A stretch of 64,000 bases of DNA from a virus, in IMG/VR virus record IMGVR_UViG_3300026680_000001, positions 7,089-71,088 of that record; one strand, 5' to 3'. Numbering within the stretch: the stretch's first letter is position 1; every line of letters starts with the position of its first letter. The notes beneath the pieces were generated by a model that saw only the letters and a program-made list of their open reading frames with translations, did not search any database and was not told the origin of the DNA. This document shows, piece after piece, positions 1 to 9,174 of the stretch. The position numbers and the translations under genes were made by a program.

Positions 1-17
1 CCACCGTCGTTGCCACC

Positions 18-455
18 TTGGGGTACGAGGCGAAGCGCGCCGTGTATGACCGGCTCGCGATGGCCGCCGTGCCCGGTGGGGCGCTGGAGGGGGTTCAGGT
101 CTCCTACGAGGCCCCGGCACAGCTGGAGCGACGGTCGATGTACCTGGGTGGGTTCCGGACCGTCCAGGACGAGGCCATGGCTGAGGTGGGGTTGTTACGT
201 GCTGAACGTGTCCGGGTCGCGCTCGTGGTCCGGGTGGCTGAACCGTTCGAGACCGTGCGGGAGGCCGAGCAGGTCGCCGAGGCCCTGGCCAACGTCGTGG
301 CCGGTGAGCTGGCACGGGACCCGAACATGGCTGGACGGCTTACCTGGACCGGGATCGGTGGAGGCGCCAGTGACTACGCCAAGACCGAGGAAGGACCGGT
401 GGTCACCGCCGGGTACCACCTTGACCTGACGGGGTTCGCGGGGTGTTCGCCGTGA
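18..455 (+). CDS. phage virion protein (head-tail connector/adaptor region); may extend 5' beyond window edge
   Basis: ORF in frame from near position 1; lies directly upstream of gp10-like and major tail genes; start overlaps next gene. Confidence 0.4.
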   Translation: MGYEAKRAVYDRLAMAAVPGGALEGVQVSYEAPAQLERRSMYLGGFRTVQDEAMAEVGLLRAERVRVALVVRVAEPFETVREAEQVAEALANVVAGELARDPNMAGRLTWTGIGGGASDYAKTEEGPVVTAGYHLDLTGFAGCSP

Positions 456-754
456 GCTATGAGGTCGCCGTCACGGTCCGGCCAGGCGAGATCACGGACC
501 TGGTGGACGAGCACGAGGTCCGTGATCTCGCCACCGACATCGGCGAACGGGTCGCTCGGACCGCTACTGGGTTGGCTCCACGACGGACGGGCGCGGGCGC
601 GACCAGCATCCACGCGGAAGTAGTCATGGATCATCCCAACTGGGAAGTCCGGGCCGGGTGGGACCGGCTGCATCGGTACATGTACTTCCACGAGGTCGGA
701 ACCGAGCACATGCGTCCGGCCCCGTTCCTGGTCCCGTCCTTGGAGGGTCTCTGA
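443..754 (+). CDS. HK97 gp10-family head-tail joining / tail-completion protein
   Basis: 103 aa; ATGLAPRRTGAGATS segment typical of the HK97 gp10 family; position before major tail gene; stop overlaps next start (TGATG). Confidence 0.55.
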   Translation: MFAVSYEVAVTVRPGEITDLVDEHEVRDLATDIGERVARTATGLAPRRTGAGATSIHAEVVMDHPNWEVRAGWDRLHRYMYFHEVGTEHMRPAPFLVPSLEGL

Positions 755-1104
755 TGGGTGTCTACACCGTGAACGACCCGCCCACGGCATCCAGCGTGGT
801 CATCACCCCGAACAACGCCGCCGCGAGCGACACCTTCCCGGCCCAGGCCGGGGAGACCTACATCATCGACGTGAACAACGCCGGGGGCAGCCCGGACAGC
901 GTGGCCGTGGACGACCCCACCTCGGTGGCGCCCAGCGGGGCCACCGCATTCAACCCTGATCTGACGATCAGCGTCACGAACGGCACCCGACGGCAGATCC
1001 GGGTCGACGGTACCCGGCACCGGGACTCCACCGGGAACATCACCGTCACCCACTCCTTCACCGCGTCCGTGACGGTGGTCGTGACCCGAGCCGGGAGGGT
1101 GTGA
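754..1104 (+). CDS. hypothetical Thr/Val-rich virion protein (tail-terminator position)
   Basis: ATG at 754 overlapping upstream TGA; ends 2 nt before next ORF; tightly packed structural operon. Confidence 0.4.
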   Translation: MGVYTVNDPPTASSVVITPNNAAASDTFPAQAGETYIIDVNNAGGSPDSVAVDDPTSVAPSGATAFNPDLTISVTNGTRRQIRVDGTRHRDSTGNITVTHSFTASVTVVVTRAGRV

Positions 1105-1105
1105 C

Positions 1106-1384
1106 ATGGCCGCGAAGCCGAGCCAGCAGGACCGGCGAGAGCCCCGGCGGGTAGACGGTCGGGCGTTCCTCTCCACTCCACCAGAGGCGCCCCCTGCGGG
1201 CACGGTCGCTGACCGGCTAGCCGCACAGGTCGCGGAGTACGGCCAGTGGGTCGCCGTAGCGGACATCCTCGTCGACGGGGCACTGGCGTATCGGAAGGGG
1301 CACGCCGTGCCCGTGAGCAACGTCGAGCGGCACGGATACGACCGGCTGGGTCTCGTGACCCCCGCCGGGAATGAGGTGAGCTGA
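1106..1384 (+). CDS. hypothetical phage protein
   Basis: 92-aa ORF fitting exactly between neighbours in tail operon. Confidence 0.4.
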   Translation: MAAKPSQQDRREPRRVDGRAFLSTPPEAPPAGTVADRLAAQVAEYGQWVAVADILVDGALAYRKGHAVPVSNVERHGYDRLGLVTPAGNEVS

Positions 1385-1386
1385 CA

Positions 1387-1974
1387 ATGCCAACCACCGC
1401 GGTACCGAACATCCTGGTCGACCCCGGGTACCTGTTCTGGGCTCCGCTGGGCAGCGCTGAGCCGACCAATACCGTGTCCGGTTCCAAGTTCACCGACGCC
1501 TGGCCGGTTGCCTGGTTGAGCCTCGGGGCGACCAAGGACGGCTCTGAGTTCACCCCCGAATTGACCGTCGAGGAGATTCTCGTCGCTGAGTTCTTCGACC
1601 CGGTTGCGTACCGGACGACGAAGCGAACCAACAAGTTCGCGTTCGCCCTGGCGGACATCACGATGAAAAACTGGAGCCGGGCCATGAACGGAGGCGGCGC
1701 GGTGGTCACCGTCTCCGGGTCTGGCGCCACATTACTTTCCTCGTTCGTCCCGACCGCCCCGGGAGCTGAGATCCGGGCCATGCTCGGATGGGAGGCACTC
1801 GGCAACGACCTACGGTTGATCGTGTACCAGACGATCTGCGCGGGGGCGGTGAAGTTGGCCTTCAAGAAGGCGCCTGACTTCGCGACCATCCCCTGTGAGT
1901 TCAGTTGTGAGGTTCCGTCTTCCGGTATCCCCTGGAAGATGTACTCGGCTGGCACGGCGAGGGTGGGTACCTGA
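1387..1974 (+). CDS. major tail protein
   Basis: 195 aa, located immediately upstream of the G/G-T chaperone pair and tape measure gene; size/composition typical of siphovirus major tail subunit. Confidence 0.6.
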   Translation: MPTTAVPNILVDPGYLFWAPLGSAEPTNTVSGSKFTDAWPVAWLSLGATKDGSEFTPELTVEEILVAEFFDPVAYRTTKRTNKFAFALADITMKNWSRAMNGGGAVVTVSGSGATLLSSFVPTAPGAEIRAMLGWEALGNDLRLIVYQTICAGAVKLAFKKAPDFATIPCEFSCEVPSSGIPWKMYSAGTARVGT

Positions 1975-2498
1975 TGGCGAGGCGCAAGGCACGTGGGCGC
2001 TCAAAGGCTCCCTCGGCGTACATCCCGGACCCGGGAACACACCTCGGCTCGTTCGGTTCGCCCCGCGAGGCGCTGGATGTCACCTTCGGATACCTCGGGG
2101 AACAGATTCGGGTCAACCCCGAGCTATCCGAACTTGGTCTCATGGACTGGACCGAGGGGGCCATGGAGATCGGGGAGGACGACCCGCGGGCCGTCACCGC
2201 GGTCAAGGACCAGGTCCGGGAGCTGGTACACCCGGACGACTTCGAACGATTCTGGGCCGCAGCTCGGAGGCATCGGCAACGACTCCCCGACCTGCTTCAG
2301 TTCATGCAGGACCTCATGTCGGCGTTGACACAACGCCCTACTGGGAGGCCCTCCGACTCCTCCGCTGGGCCGCCGTCAACCACCAGCTCATTCGCGGACG
2401 ACTCATCCTCGCGGGCGGTCGCAACGCTGGAGGCACGTGGCCGTCCCGACCTCGCGGTGGTAGTGGACGAGACCGCCAGGAGCCGGGAAGTGGGCTGA
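1974..2498 (+). CDS. tail assembly chaperone (G-like)
   Basis: 174-aa acidic ORF between major tail and tape measure genes; overlapping -1 frame stays open to 2737 (classic G/G-T arrangement). Confidence 0.6.
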   Translation: MARRKARGRSKAPSAYIPDPGTHLGSFGSPREALDVTFGYLGEQIRVNPELSELGLMDWTEGAMEIGEDDPRAVTAVKDQVRELVHPDDFERFWAAARRHRQRLPDLLQFMQDLMSALTQRPTGRPSDSSAGPPSTTSSFADDSSSRAVATLEARGRPDLAVVVDETARSREVG

Positions 2499-2737
2499 CC
2501 GTGGCGCAACTATGCGACCTGTCCTACGTCCTGCAGCGAGATGACATCGTCCGGCGGGTGGAGCTGGTCCAGTTGGCCACTGCCATGGCGGCGGTCAATG
2601 GTGCCCGTGTCACCATCCCGGACCTGGATGAGGAACTCGCCCGGTTCGATGACTGGCTGGCCTCCGAGCCGGCCCAGTCAAAGGACCTGGACCCTGACGT
2701 GGCGGACCTGCGCCAGGCCCTCGACCTCGACGGGTAG
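1974..2737 (+). CDS. tail assembly chaperone -1 frameshift product (G-T-like); exact slip site not determined
   Basis: Frame -1 relative to 1974 ORF is open from 1895 to 2737 and continues about 80 codons past the G stop at 2496-2498; candidate slip region around CCGGGAAG at 2483-2490. Confidence 0.45.
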
Positions 2738-2743
2738 CCGGCC

Positions 2744-2983
2744 ATGGGCTGCCAGGAATGTCCCGGGCCAGGAACCTGGCGTGTCGATCGCCGGGGAGAC
2801 GCGGTGGTCTCGTGGTCCTGTTCGGCGCACCTGGCGCGTGTCTGTGCGGATTTACAGCGGGACTGGGAAGTAACACAGCTTGTGGTCACCCACGCGCGTC
2901 CAAGCTTGCGGAGTGGGCAGGGATCGGGGCCAGGCTTGACGAGATCGCTGAGGGGTTCTAGCCGTGTCCCGCACGCTGGCTGA
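2744..2983 (+). CDS. small Cys-rich hypothetical protein (CxxC...C...C); alternative frame 2758..2961 possible
   Basis: 79-aa ORF between G-T and tape measure; two alternative overlapping small ORFs, neither with clear RBS. Confidence 0.25.
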   Translation: MGCQECPGPGTWRVDRRGDAVVSWSCSAHLARVCADLQRDWEVTQLVVTHARPSLRSGQGSGPGLTRSLRGSSRVPHAG

Positions 2984-5900
2984 CGCCTTCGTCGCGATCC
3001 GACCTCGCGTCCACGAGTCCGCCGTCCAGGACGCCAAGGCCGCGGGGGAGCTGACTGGCCGTGCGTTCGGAGACGCCGCGTCCAAGAACGCGGCGTCAGC
3101 CGGGGAACGAACCGGGAGAGAGTTCGGCGCCGCTGCCGTTACCGGTGCCAAGAAGGCCGCCGACCGGGACGCCAAGGGTATGGGCGTGACGATCGGGGAG
3201 AAGATGGCCCTGGGAGTCGGCGCGGGGCTCTCCGTTGGCCTCCCACTGGTCGGGTCGGCGGCAGCCGTGGGATTGGTGGCTTCCATGGCCGCGGTCGGGG
3301 TCGCCATCGCGGCGCAGAACGAGCAGGTCAAGGCCGGGTTTTCGGTACTCGCGCAGCAGGTCACGACCGGGATGACCACCGCCGCCGCACCGCTGGTCCC
3401 GTTCCTGCTCGACGTGGCCGGTCAGGCGAGTACCGCGTTCGCCACGTTCCTTCCGGCCGTGACCGGTGCGTTCACCGCGCTCGGACCGGCGTTACAGGCG
3501 GGGCTCGCACCGTTCATGGCCGGGCTGACGCAGGCGTTCGTGAGCCTCGCGGAGGCCACCGCCAGATCAGCACCAATGATCACTGACATCATGACCCGGC
3601 TAGGCCAGCTACTGCCCACGGTGGTGGGCCTGGTCGTGGCACTCATCGAGCTTGGTGGTAACGCCATCGACCCGCTACTGGCCGTGATCAACGCACTGGT
3701 CGGTGGTCTCACCACGGTGATTGGGTGGATGGACCGGTACCAAGTCGTCACCATCGCCGTGGCTGCGGCACTGGCAGCGCTTGTGACGGTATCCAAGGTG
3801 CACGCCGCCGTGCTCACCGTCCAGGCCGCCGGGGGGCTCGCCAAGTACCTGGCGGGGCTGAATCTGGTGAAGGCGGCCACCCTGATCTGGACCGGTGTGC
3901 AGTGGGCGTTGAACTTCGCGTTGACCGCCAACCCGATCGGGCTCATCATCGTCGGGATCGCCGCGCTGGTCGCGGGCGTGATCCTGGCTTGGCGGCACAG
4001 CCAGACGTTCCGAACCGTGGTCGTGGGTGCCTGGGACGCGATCAAGGTCGCTGCCCAGTTCATGTGGTCGGTCATCAAAGTCGTGTTCGGGCTCTGGCTG
4101 GACTGCTACAAGCTCATCGGTGGGGCCGCGCTGTGGCTGTGGCGGAACGCTATCCTGCCGGCGTTCGAGGGCGTGGTCACCGCCGTCACGGCCGTGGGGA
4201 GTGCGTTCGTCTGGCTATGGCAGAACATCATCGCACCCGCCGTGTCAGCCATCGCGTCGCAGGTGACCTGGTTGTGGCGCAACATCATCGAGCCGGCCTG
4301 GACCGGGATCTCGTTCATCATCCAGGTCGTCTGGACCGTGATCCAGATCGTGTTCGGACTCTGGATGATTTACTACAAGCTCATCGGCGAGACGGCGCTG
4401 TGGCTGTGGCGGCACGGGGTACAGCCAGCGTTCGAGGGCGTTGCCGCCGTCGTGCTCTGGGCCTGGGACGCCGTCATTCGACCCACGTTCGACGCGTTCG
4501 CCGCCGTCGTCGTCTGGGTCGTGAACCAGGTCATCCGACCGGTCATGGACGCGCTGGTGTGGTTCTGGCGGAACGCCGTGGTCCCTGCCGCGTTGTTCTT
4601 GCGGGACATGGTCCGGGCCGCGATCGAGGCCATGGGACAGGCCATCCAGTTCGTCTCGGAACGGGTCATCCGACCGACCATGGACGCGCTGGTGTGGTTC
4701 TGGCGGAACGCCGTGGTCCCTGCCGCGTTGTTCTTGCGGGACATGGTCCGGGCCGCCATCGAGGCCATGGGTCAGGCCATTCAGTTCACCTGGGACCACA
4801 CTATTCGACCAGTCATGGACGCGATCGCGTTTGTGATCCGGGATGTGGTACCCACGGCGTTCCGGGTCGGAGTCGACGCCATCGCCCGAGCCTGGGACTT
4901 GCTTCGGGAAGCGGCCAAGGTACCGGTCAGGTTCGTGGTCGACGTGGTCATGAACCCCCTGATCCGGGGATACAACAAGATCGCCTCGTCGTTCGGGGTG
5001 AACACCGTCGCTGAGATCGGTCTCCCGTTCGTTACCGGTGGTATCTATCCCGGGTATTCCCCTGGCCGAGACATCGGACTGGCCGCTGTTTCCGGCTATG
5101 AGGCGATCATGCGTCCGGAGTGGACACGGGCCGTGGGGCCGGCGTATGTCCACGGGGCCAACGCCGCCGCGAGAACCGGTGGAGTCCCCGGGGTCCGTGC
5201 CTGGCTGGCTGGGGGGTTCGCTGACGGTGGCATCGTCGGTGACCTGCTCGGGTGGGTCACCGATCCCGTGGGGCGGGCCAGGGACGCGCTGGGTGGGCCT
5301 TTGAACCGGCTCAGGGAGCTTTCCAACACCCCGTTCAGTCAGATGATCGCCGCCATGCCACGGCGGATCTACGAGGCCGCCGTGGCGAAGGTGGAGTCGA
5401 TCGTCAAGGGGTTCGGGTCCAGTCTTGGATTTGGTGGTGGTGGTGTTGAGCGGTGGCGGGGTGTCGCGCTCTCGGCGCTGAGTTTGGCAGGTGCGCCAGC
5501 GTCGTGGATCGGATCATTGTTGCGCCGGATGAACCAGGAGTCCGGTGGAAATCCCATGGCGATCAACTTGTGGGACTCGAACGCGATGCGTGGCACCCCT
5601 TCGAAGGGCCTCATGCAGGTGATCCAACCCACGTTCAATGCCTACGCCGGCCCGTTACGGGATCGAGGGATCTGGGACCCCTTGGCGAACATCTTCGCCG
5701 CGATCCGGTACACGATCGCTCGTTACGGCTCCGGCCCCGCCGGGTGGGACCGGCCCGGTGGTTACGCTCGTGGCGGCATCGTGGGTGACGTGCGGTCATT
5801 GTCCATGGATGGTGGGTTCGGGGTTCTGCGGCCGGGCCCGAACATGGTGTTCAACGGGACCGGGCGGGATGAACCGATCACCTCCGGCCCCGTCGAGGTC

Positions 5901-6023
5901 CGGGTCTACATCGGCGACCGGGAGTTGACCGACATCACCCGTGTCGAGGTCGAACGGATCAACCGGCAGGTGGCCCGTCAACTGGCCGGGAGCCGGACCA
6001 CTGGGAACTACGACATACTATGA
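2964..6023 (+). CDS. tail tape measure protein with C-terminal lytic transglycosylase (SLT-like) domain
   Basis: 1019 aa; GTG start with GAGGGG RBS; N-terminal TM/helical repeats; periodic W-rich repeats (WLWRNAILPAFEGV etc.); C-terminal NQESGGNP...GLMQV...Y motif typical of SLT/lysozyme-like domain. Confidence 0.85.
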   Translation: MSRTLADAFVAIRPRVHESAVQDAKAAGELTGRAFGDAASKNAASAGERTGREFGAAAVTGAKKAADRDAKGMGVTIGEKMALGVGAGLSVGLPLVGSAAAVGLVASMAAVGVAIAAQNEQVKAGFSVLAQQVTTGMTTAAAPLVPFLLDVAGQASTAFATFLPAVTGAFTALGPALQAGLAPFMAGLTQAFVSLAEATARSAPMITDIMTRLGQLLPTVVGLVVALIELGGNAIDPLLAVINALVGGLTTVIGWMDRYQVVTIAVAAALAALVTVSKVHAAVLTVQAAGGLAKYLAGLNLVKAATLIWTGVQWALNFALTANPIGLIIVGIAALVAGVILAWRHSQTFRTVVVGAWDAIKVAAQFMWSVIKVVFGLWLDCYKLIGGAALWLWRNAILPAFEGVVTAVTAVGSAFVWLWQNIIAPAVSAIASQVTWLWRNIIEPAWTGISFIIQVVWTVIQIVFGLWMIYYKLIGETALWLWRHGVQPAFEGVAAVVLWAWDAVIRPTFDAFAAVVVWVVNQVIRPVMDALVWFWRNAVVPAALFLRDMVRAAIEAMGQAIQFVSERVIRPTMDALVWFWRNAVVPAALFLRDMVRAAIEAMGQAIQFTWDHTIRPVMDAIAFVIRDVVPTAFRVGVDAIARAWDLLREAAKVPVRFVVDVVMNPLIRGYNKIASSFGVNTVAEIGLPFVTGGIYPGYSPGRDIGLAAVSGYEAIMRPEWTRAVGPAYVHGANAAARTGGVPGVRAWLAGGFADGGIVGDLLGWVTDPVGRARDALGGPLNRLRELSNTPFSQMIAAMPRRIYEAAVAKVESIVKGFGSSLGFGGGGVERWRGVALSALSLAGAPASWIGSLLRRMNQESGGNPMAINLWDSNAMRGTPSKGLMQVIQPTFNAYAGPLRDRGIWDPLANIFAAIRYTIARYGSGPAGWDRPGGYARGGIVGDVRSLSMDGGFGVLRPGPNMVFNGTGRDEPITSGPVEVRVYIGDRELTDITRVEVERINRQVARQLAGSRTTGNYDIL
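4530..4799. repeat. near-perfect 2 x 135-bp tandem duplication inside tape measure gene (45-aa unit IRPxMDALVWFWRNAVVPAALFLRDMVRAAIEAMGQAIQF), with a partial third copy starting at 4800
   Basis: Copies at 4530-4664 and 4665-4799 differ at only a few positions; in-frame. Confidence 0.85.
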
Positions 6024-6026
6024 GCT

Positions 6027-7100
6027 ATGACGCGACTGATATTGGTCAGGGCCGAAGGTAGCTCCACGATCTGGTTGTCGAATGGCCTGCAACGGCGCCG
6101 GGTAGCCGATGATGAGGTTCGACTGCTCCAACGACTGTTCACCACCACCGAGGTGGTCACGGTCACCGACCTACGGGTCCTCGGTGTACCCATCCCCGAA
6201 CCGCTGCGGCTCGCCCGGACTGTGGACGACCCGACGATCTGGCTTGGGGACGGAATCCTCCGCAGAGTCGTCGACCTGTTAGAGCTTTCCGAGGTCCAGC
6301 GCTGGCTCGCCCGGTCGCAGAACGACACCACGGTTCGGACCTTCGCCGACATCCGGGTCCTGGGCGCCGCGTTCCCTCCCGATGAGGACGTGCCCGAGCC
6401 GGAACCGCCCGCCGGGACCTGCGTCAGTCCATGGTTCACCACGGCTGAGCGCAATGGCGGTATCGCGTTCGGCGATTACTACATTCACAACAACATCTGG
6501 AACCCGGAGGCCCCGGCGAACCAGTCATTGCATGTCTGCTCTCCTGCGTCCTGGTTCGTGAGGTCCGGACCGTACTCGGGTACGGCGGTGAAGACGTTTC
6601 CGAATGTGCACCGGGACATGCCGGACGCCTTCGGGGCCGGCGTGCCATGGTCGGACTACTCCACAGTGTCAGCCCGGTTCGCCAGTTCCGTGGATGCCGA
6701 ACACCAGACGGGCGGGATCTGGAACGTGGCTTTCGACATTTGGCTGAACGGGGTTGGCTGGGGCGGTGGCAGCACTGAGGTCATGATCTGGACAGAGAAC
6801 CGGGGACAGCGCCCGGCTGGTGAACGACTCTCGGCCGACGTGGCCATCGGCGGCACAATCTGGCAACAATGGCACCTCCGCGAGGGGGATGCCAACGTGG
6901 TTACCTTTGTCGCGCTGACACCCGTCAAGGCCGGGACCGTGGACATCAAGGCACTGGTCGACTTCGGTATCCAGCGCGGGCTGATTCCGCAGGGGCCGAC
7001 CGTTCACCAGCTCGGCTACGGGATCGAAATCTGCGACACCGCCGGCACCGTCCTGCGCTATGACGTGACCGACTTCGAGCTGACCATGACGAAGGCATGA
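6027..7100 (+). CDS. tail-associated protein with C-terminal GH12-like glycoside hydrolase domain and internally duplicated N-terminal domain
   Basis: 357 aa directly after tape measure; motifs GDYYIHNNIWNP, AFDIWLNG, STEVMIWTENRG (E-x-MIW nucleophile motif of GH12), GYGIEICDTAG (candidate acid/base Glu); N-term has two TIWL...RVLG repeats. Confidence 0.55.
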   Translation: MTRLILVRAEGSSTIWLSNGLQRRRVADDEVRLLQRLFTTTEVVTVTDLRVLGVPIPEPLRLARTVDDPTIWLGDGILRRVVDLLELSEVQRWLARSQNDTTVRTFADIRVLGAAFPPDEDVPEPEPPAGTCVSPWFTTAERNGGIAFGDYYIHNNIWNPEAPANQSLHVCSPASWFVRSGPYSGTAVKTFPNVHRDMPDAFGAGVPWSDYSTVSARFASSVDAEHQTGGIWNVAFDIWLNGVGWGGGSTEVMIWTENRGQRPAGERLSADVAIGGTIWQQWHLREGDANVVTFVALTPVKAGTVDIKALVDFGIQRGLIPQGPTVHQLGYGIEICDTAGTVLRYDVTDFELTMTKA

Positions 7101-7103
7101 GGT

Positions 7104-7343
7104 GTGATGACCGTCGCTGGCGATTTCTGGTTCCGGGCCTTCGAGGAACCGGATGATCCCAACCGTTTGGAATACCGGTTCGTCATGCCCCACGTGGCCC
7201 TCAGTGGTGATTGTGGCATCATCTGGGACCGCGACGTGAAACAATGGCGTATCACCCCAGGTGGAAGACGGGCGTTCCTGGGAGGTCACCGGGGACGACC
7301 GAGTGACCGCGGTCCTGGCGCTGATAGCTCGCCGATGGGGTAA
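7104..7343 (+). CDS. hypothetical protein
   Basis: 79-aa ORF starting 4 nt after previous stop. Confidence 0.35.
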   Translation: MMTVAGDFWFRAFEEPDDPNRLEYRFVMPHVALSGDCGIIWDRDVKQWRITPGGRRAFLGGHRGRPSDRGPGADSSPMG

Positions 7344-7378
7344 GATGGCCAGTTTCGAGGACATACCGGAGGCGTAAC

Positions 7379-7627
7379 GTGGGAGTAAGTAGGATGGAAT
7401 CCCCAGGTGGGTTCATGAATCGTTGTAGGCACATCCTCGCAGTTGTTCGACTTTACCGTGAGGTTGGGAAGAAGTTGAAGCTTGTTGAGAATGACTCCGA
7501 CGGACAACGTCTAGTCGAATGGACCCGGAATGAACTCAGTCGTATCGACGACAAGTACGGGGTACGTGCACTGGATTTGGGTGACAGCAGGGCCGAAGGG
7601 GGTAGTCATGGCTCGACTGACCAGTGA
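7379..7627 (+). CDS. hypothetical protein in low-GC island (moron candidate)
   Basis: GTG at 7379 preceded by GGAGG (7368-7372); alternative ATG 7394 with GGGAG; local GC clearly lower than flanks. Confidence 0.35.
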   Translation: MGVSRMESPGGFMNRCRHILAVVRLYREVGKKLKLVENDSDGQRLVEWTRNELSRIDDKYGVRALDLGDSRAEGGSHGSTDQ

Positions 7628-7916
7628 CCCGTCCGATCCCGATCTCACCCGTGGCGTGGACGCTGGACCAGCCCCGCAGGCGGACGCGTACCTGGTGTTG
7701 TCCGAAGAGGACCGTGGCCGGAGGTTCGTGCGTCCAGTCCGTTGCCGGTATCGTCACGTGACCTGCGGCACCGTGACGACCATGGCGTTGCCGATCGCCG
7801 AGACGTATGCCCGGCAGCCGTCCTTCTACGGCGCCACCTACTGCGTCGGCTGTCGACGGCACGTGCCGGTCGGGGAGTGCCGTTGGGACGGTACCGATGA
7901 GGTGGTCGGGTCGTGA
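7608..7916 (+). CDS. Cys-rich putative zinc-ribbon protein
   Basis: ATG 7608 with AAGGGGG RBS; RCRYRHVTCG...YCVGCRRH motif. Confidence 0.4.
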   Translation: MARLTSDPSDPDLTRGVDAGPAPQADAYLVLSEEDRGRRFVRPVRCRYRHVTCGTVTTMALPIAETYARQPSFYGATYCVGCRRHVPVGECRWDGTDEVVGS

Positions 7917-8719
7917 GCATCGCGAACTACGACCAGCTGGTCGCCGGTCTGCTCCCACCCAGCAGCTTTGACAAGGCGGCCGGGACGGCGGAGGCGGCCG
8001 GCGAGTACTTCTCCGCCTGGTACCTGACCGGCCGTCCTGGCGCCGGGGTCGCTCCCTCCTCCGGGCTCAACGGCGCCGCGCTGACCGCCACCGTGTCTGG
8101 ACAGCTACCCACGGCGGGCACCGTCACCGGCAAGCAGGCGTACCTGGCGTCCATGCGAGCGGCTCAGGGTGGCAACGTCGGCACGGTCCGGCTCCTGGAC
8201 CGGCTTTATGCCAATTCTGGGTACACGGTGACCTCGACCGGCAGCCAGGCCAGCACCCACGCGGGACTACCCAGCCGGGACTCCAACGGGTCGAACACCG
8301 GGGCCGGCGTCGGGTTGGCCCTGGAGGTGTCCACGGCCACGACCAACGCCGGAGTGGTCACGGCCACGATCTCCTACACCAACGAGTCCGGGGTAGCTGG
8401 TCGGACCGGAACCATCACTGTCCCGATCACGGCAGTGGCAGGGCACTGGGCCGAGATGGACTTGCAGGCCGGGGACTTCGGGGTGCGCTCGTTCCAGTCC
8501 CTGACCCTGTCGGCGTCGCTGGTCACCGGGGCTATTCACCTCGTCCAGTTCCGGGAAATCACCGCCATTGACCAGCCAGCAGACAACCGGGGTGATCGGA
8601 TGTCACCACTAGAGTGTTTCGGGCCGGTGTATGACGGGTCCGTGCTCGCCTTGGTGTACCTGGCCACCGGCACCGCCGTGGGCCGGGTTCGGGGTGGCCT
8701 TCGACTGGCCCAGGGGTGA
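7913..8719 (+). CDS. putative minor tail / virion structural protein
   Basis: 268 aa, GTG start overlapping upstream stop (GTGA); Gly/Thr/Ser-rich beta-type composition. Confidence 0.45.
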   Translation: MSIANYDQLVAGLLPPSSFDKAAGTAEAAGEYFSAWYLTGRPGAGVAPSSGLNGAALTATVSGQLPTAGTVTGKQAYLASMRAAQGGNVGTVRLLDRLYANSGYTVTSTGSQASTHAGLPSRDSNGSNTGAGVGLALEVSTATTNAGVVTATISYTNESGVAGRTGTITVPITAVAGHWAEMDLQAGDFGVRSFQSLTLSASLVTGAIHLVQFREITAIDQPADNRGDRMSPLECFGPVYDGSVLALVYLATGTAVGRVRGGLRLAQG

Positions 8720-9174
8720 GAATGACGACAACCTGGACACCCGATGAGTTCGCGGCGATACTCAAGACCAGGATGCTGGAACAGCACAAGATACGTGGCG
8801 GCCATACCATATCCCGAAGGATGGTCGAGCGAGCCGAGTTTGATACCGTTGAACTGGTTGCGAACCAACTCCACGTCGATTTGCATACTTACGTGTACGC
8901 AGAACAAGCCGCGACCAATGTCGATGAGTTGGTCCTTGACGGCGGGCCGGCCACGTGGTGGCAGCACATAAAGCAGGCGTTCTTCCCGTACGGTGACGAT
9001 CCCGTGGGACGTTGGTTGCTTCGGCGTTGGCCGGTTCGACGCCACCAGATCCGGGTCCCGGTCACGGCTACGCGCTGGGCGGTGTACCCGGACATCGAAG
9101 GGTACCGAGCGTTGCCGGACTGCGGACCCGTGGTCTTCCATGACTACGTTGAGTTTGATCGGCAGGGACAATGA
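8716..9174 (+). CDS. hypothetical protein
   Basis: 152 aa; start overlaps upstream stop. Confidence 0.4.
   Translation: MRMTTTWTPDEFAAILKTRMLEQHKIRGGHTISRRMVERAEFDTVELVANQLHVDLHTYVYAEQAATNVDELVLDGGPATWWQHIKQAFFPYGDDPVGRWLLRRWPVRRHQIRVPVTATRWAVYPDIEGYRALPDCGPVVFHDYVEFDRQGQ

Noticed and set aside
858-5153. Many long ORFs on the opposite strand or in other frames over the tail and tape measure genes (for example 858-1955 minus, 3725-5014 plus, 4245-5153 minus)
   Set aside because: They are typical high-GC antisense or off-frame open frames with Arg/Pro/Gly-rich low-complexity translations, and they fully overlap strongly supported genes.
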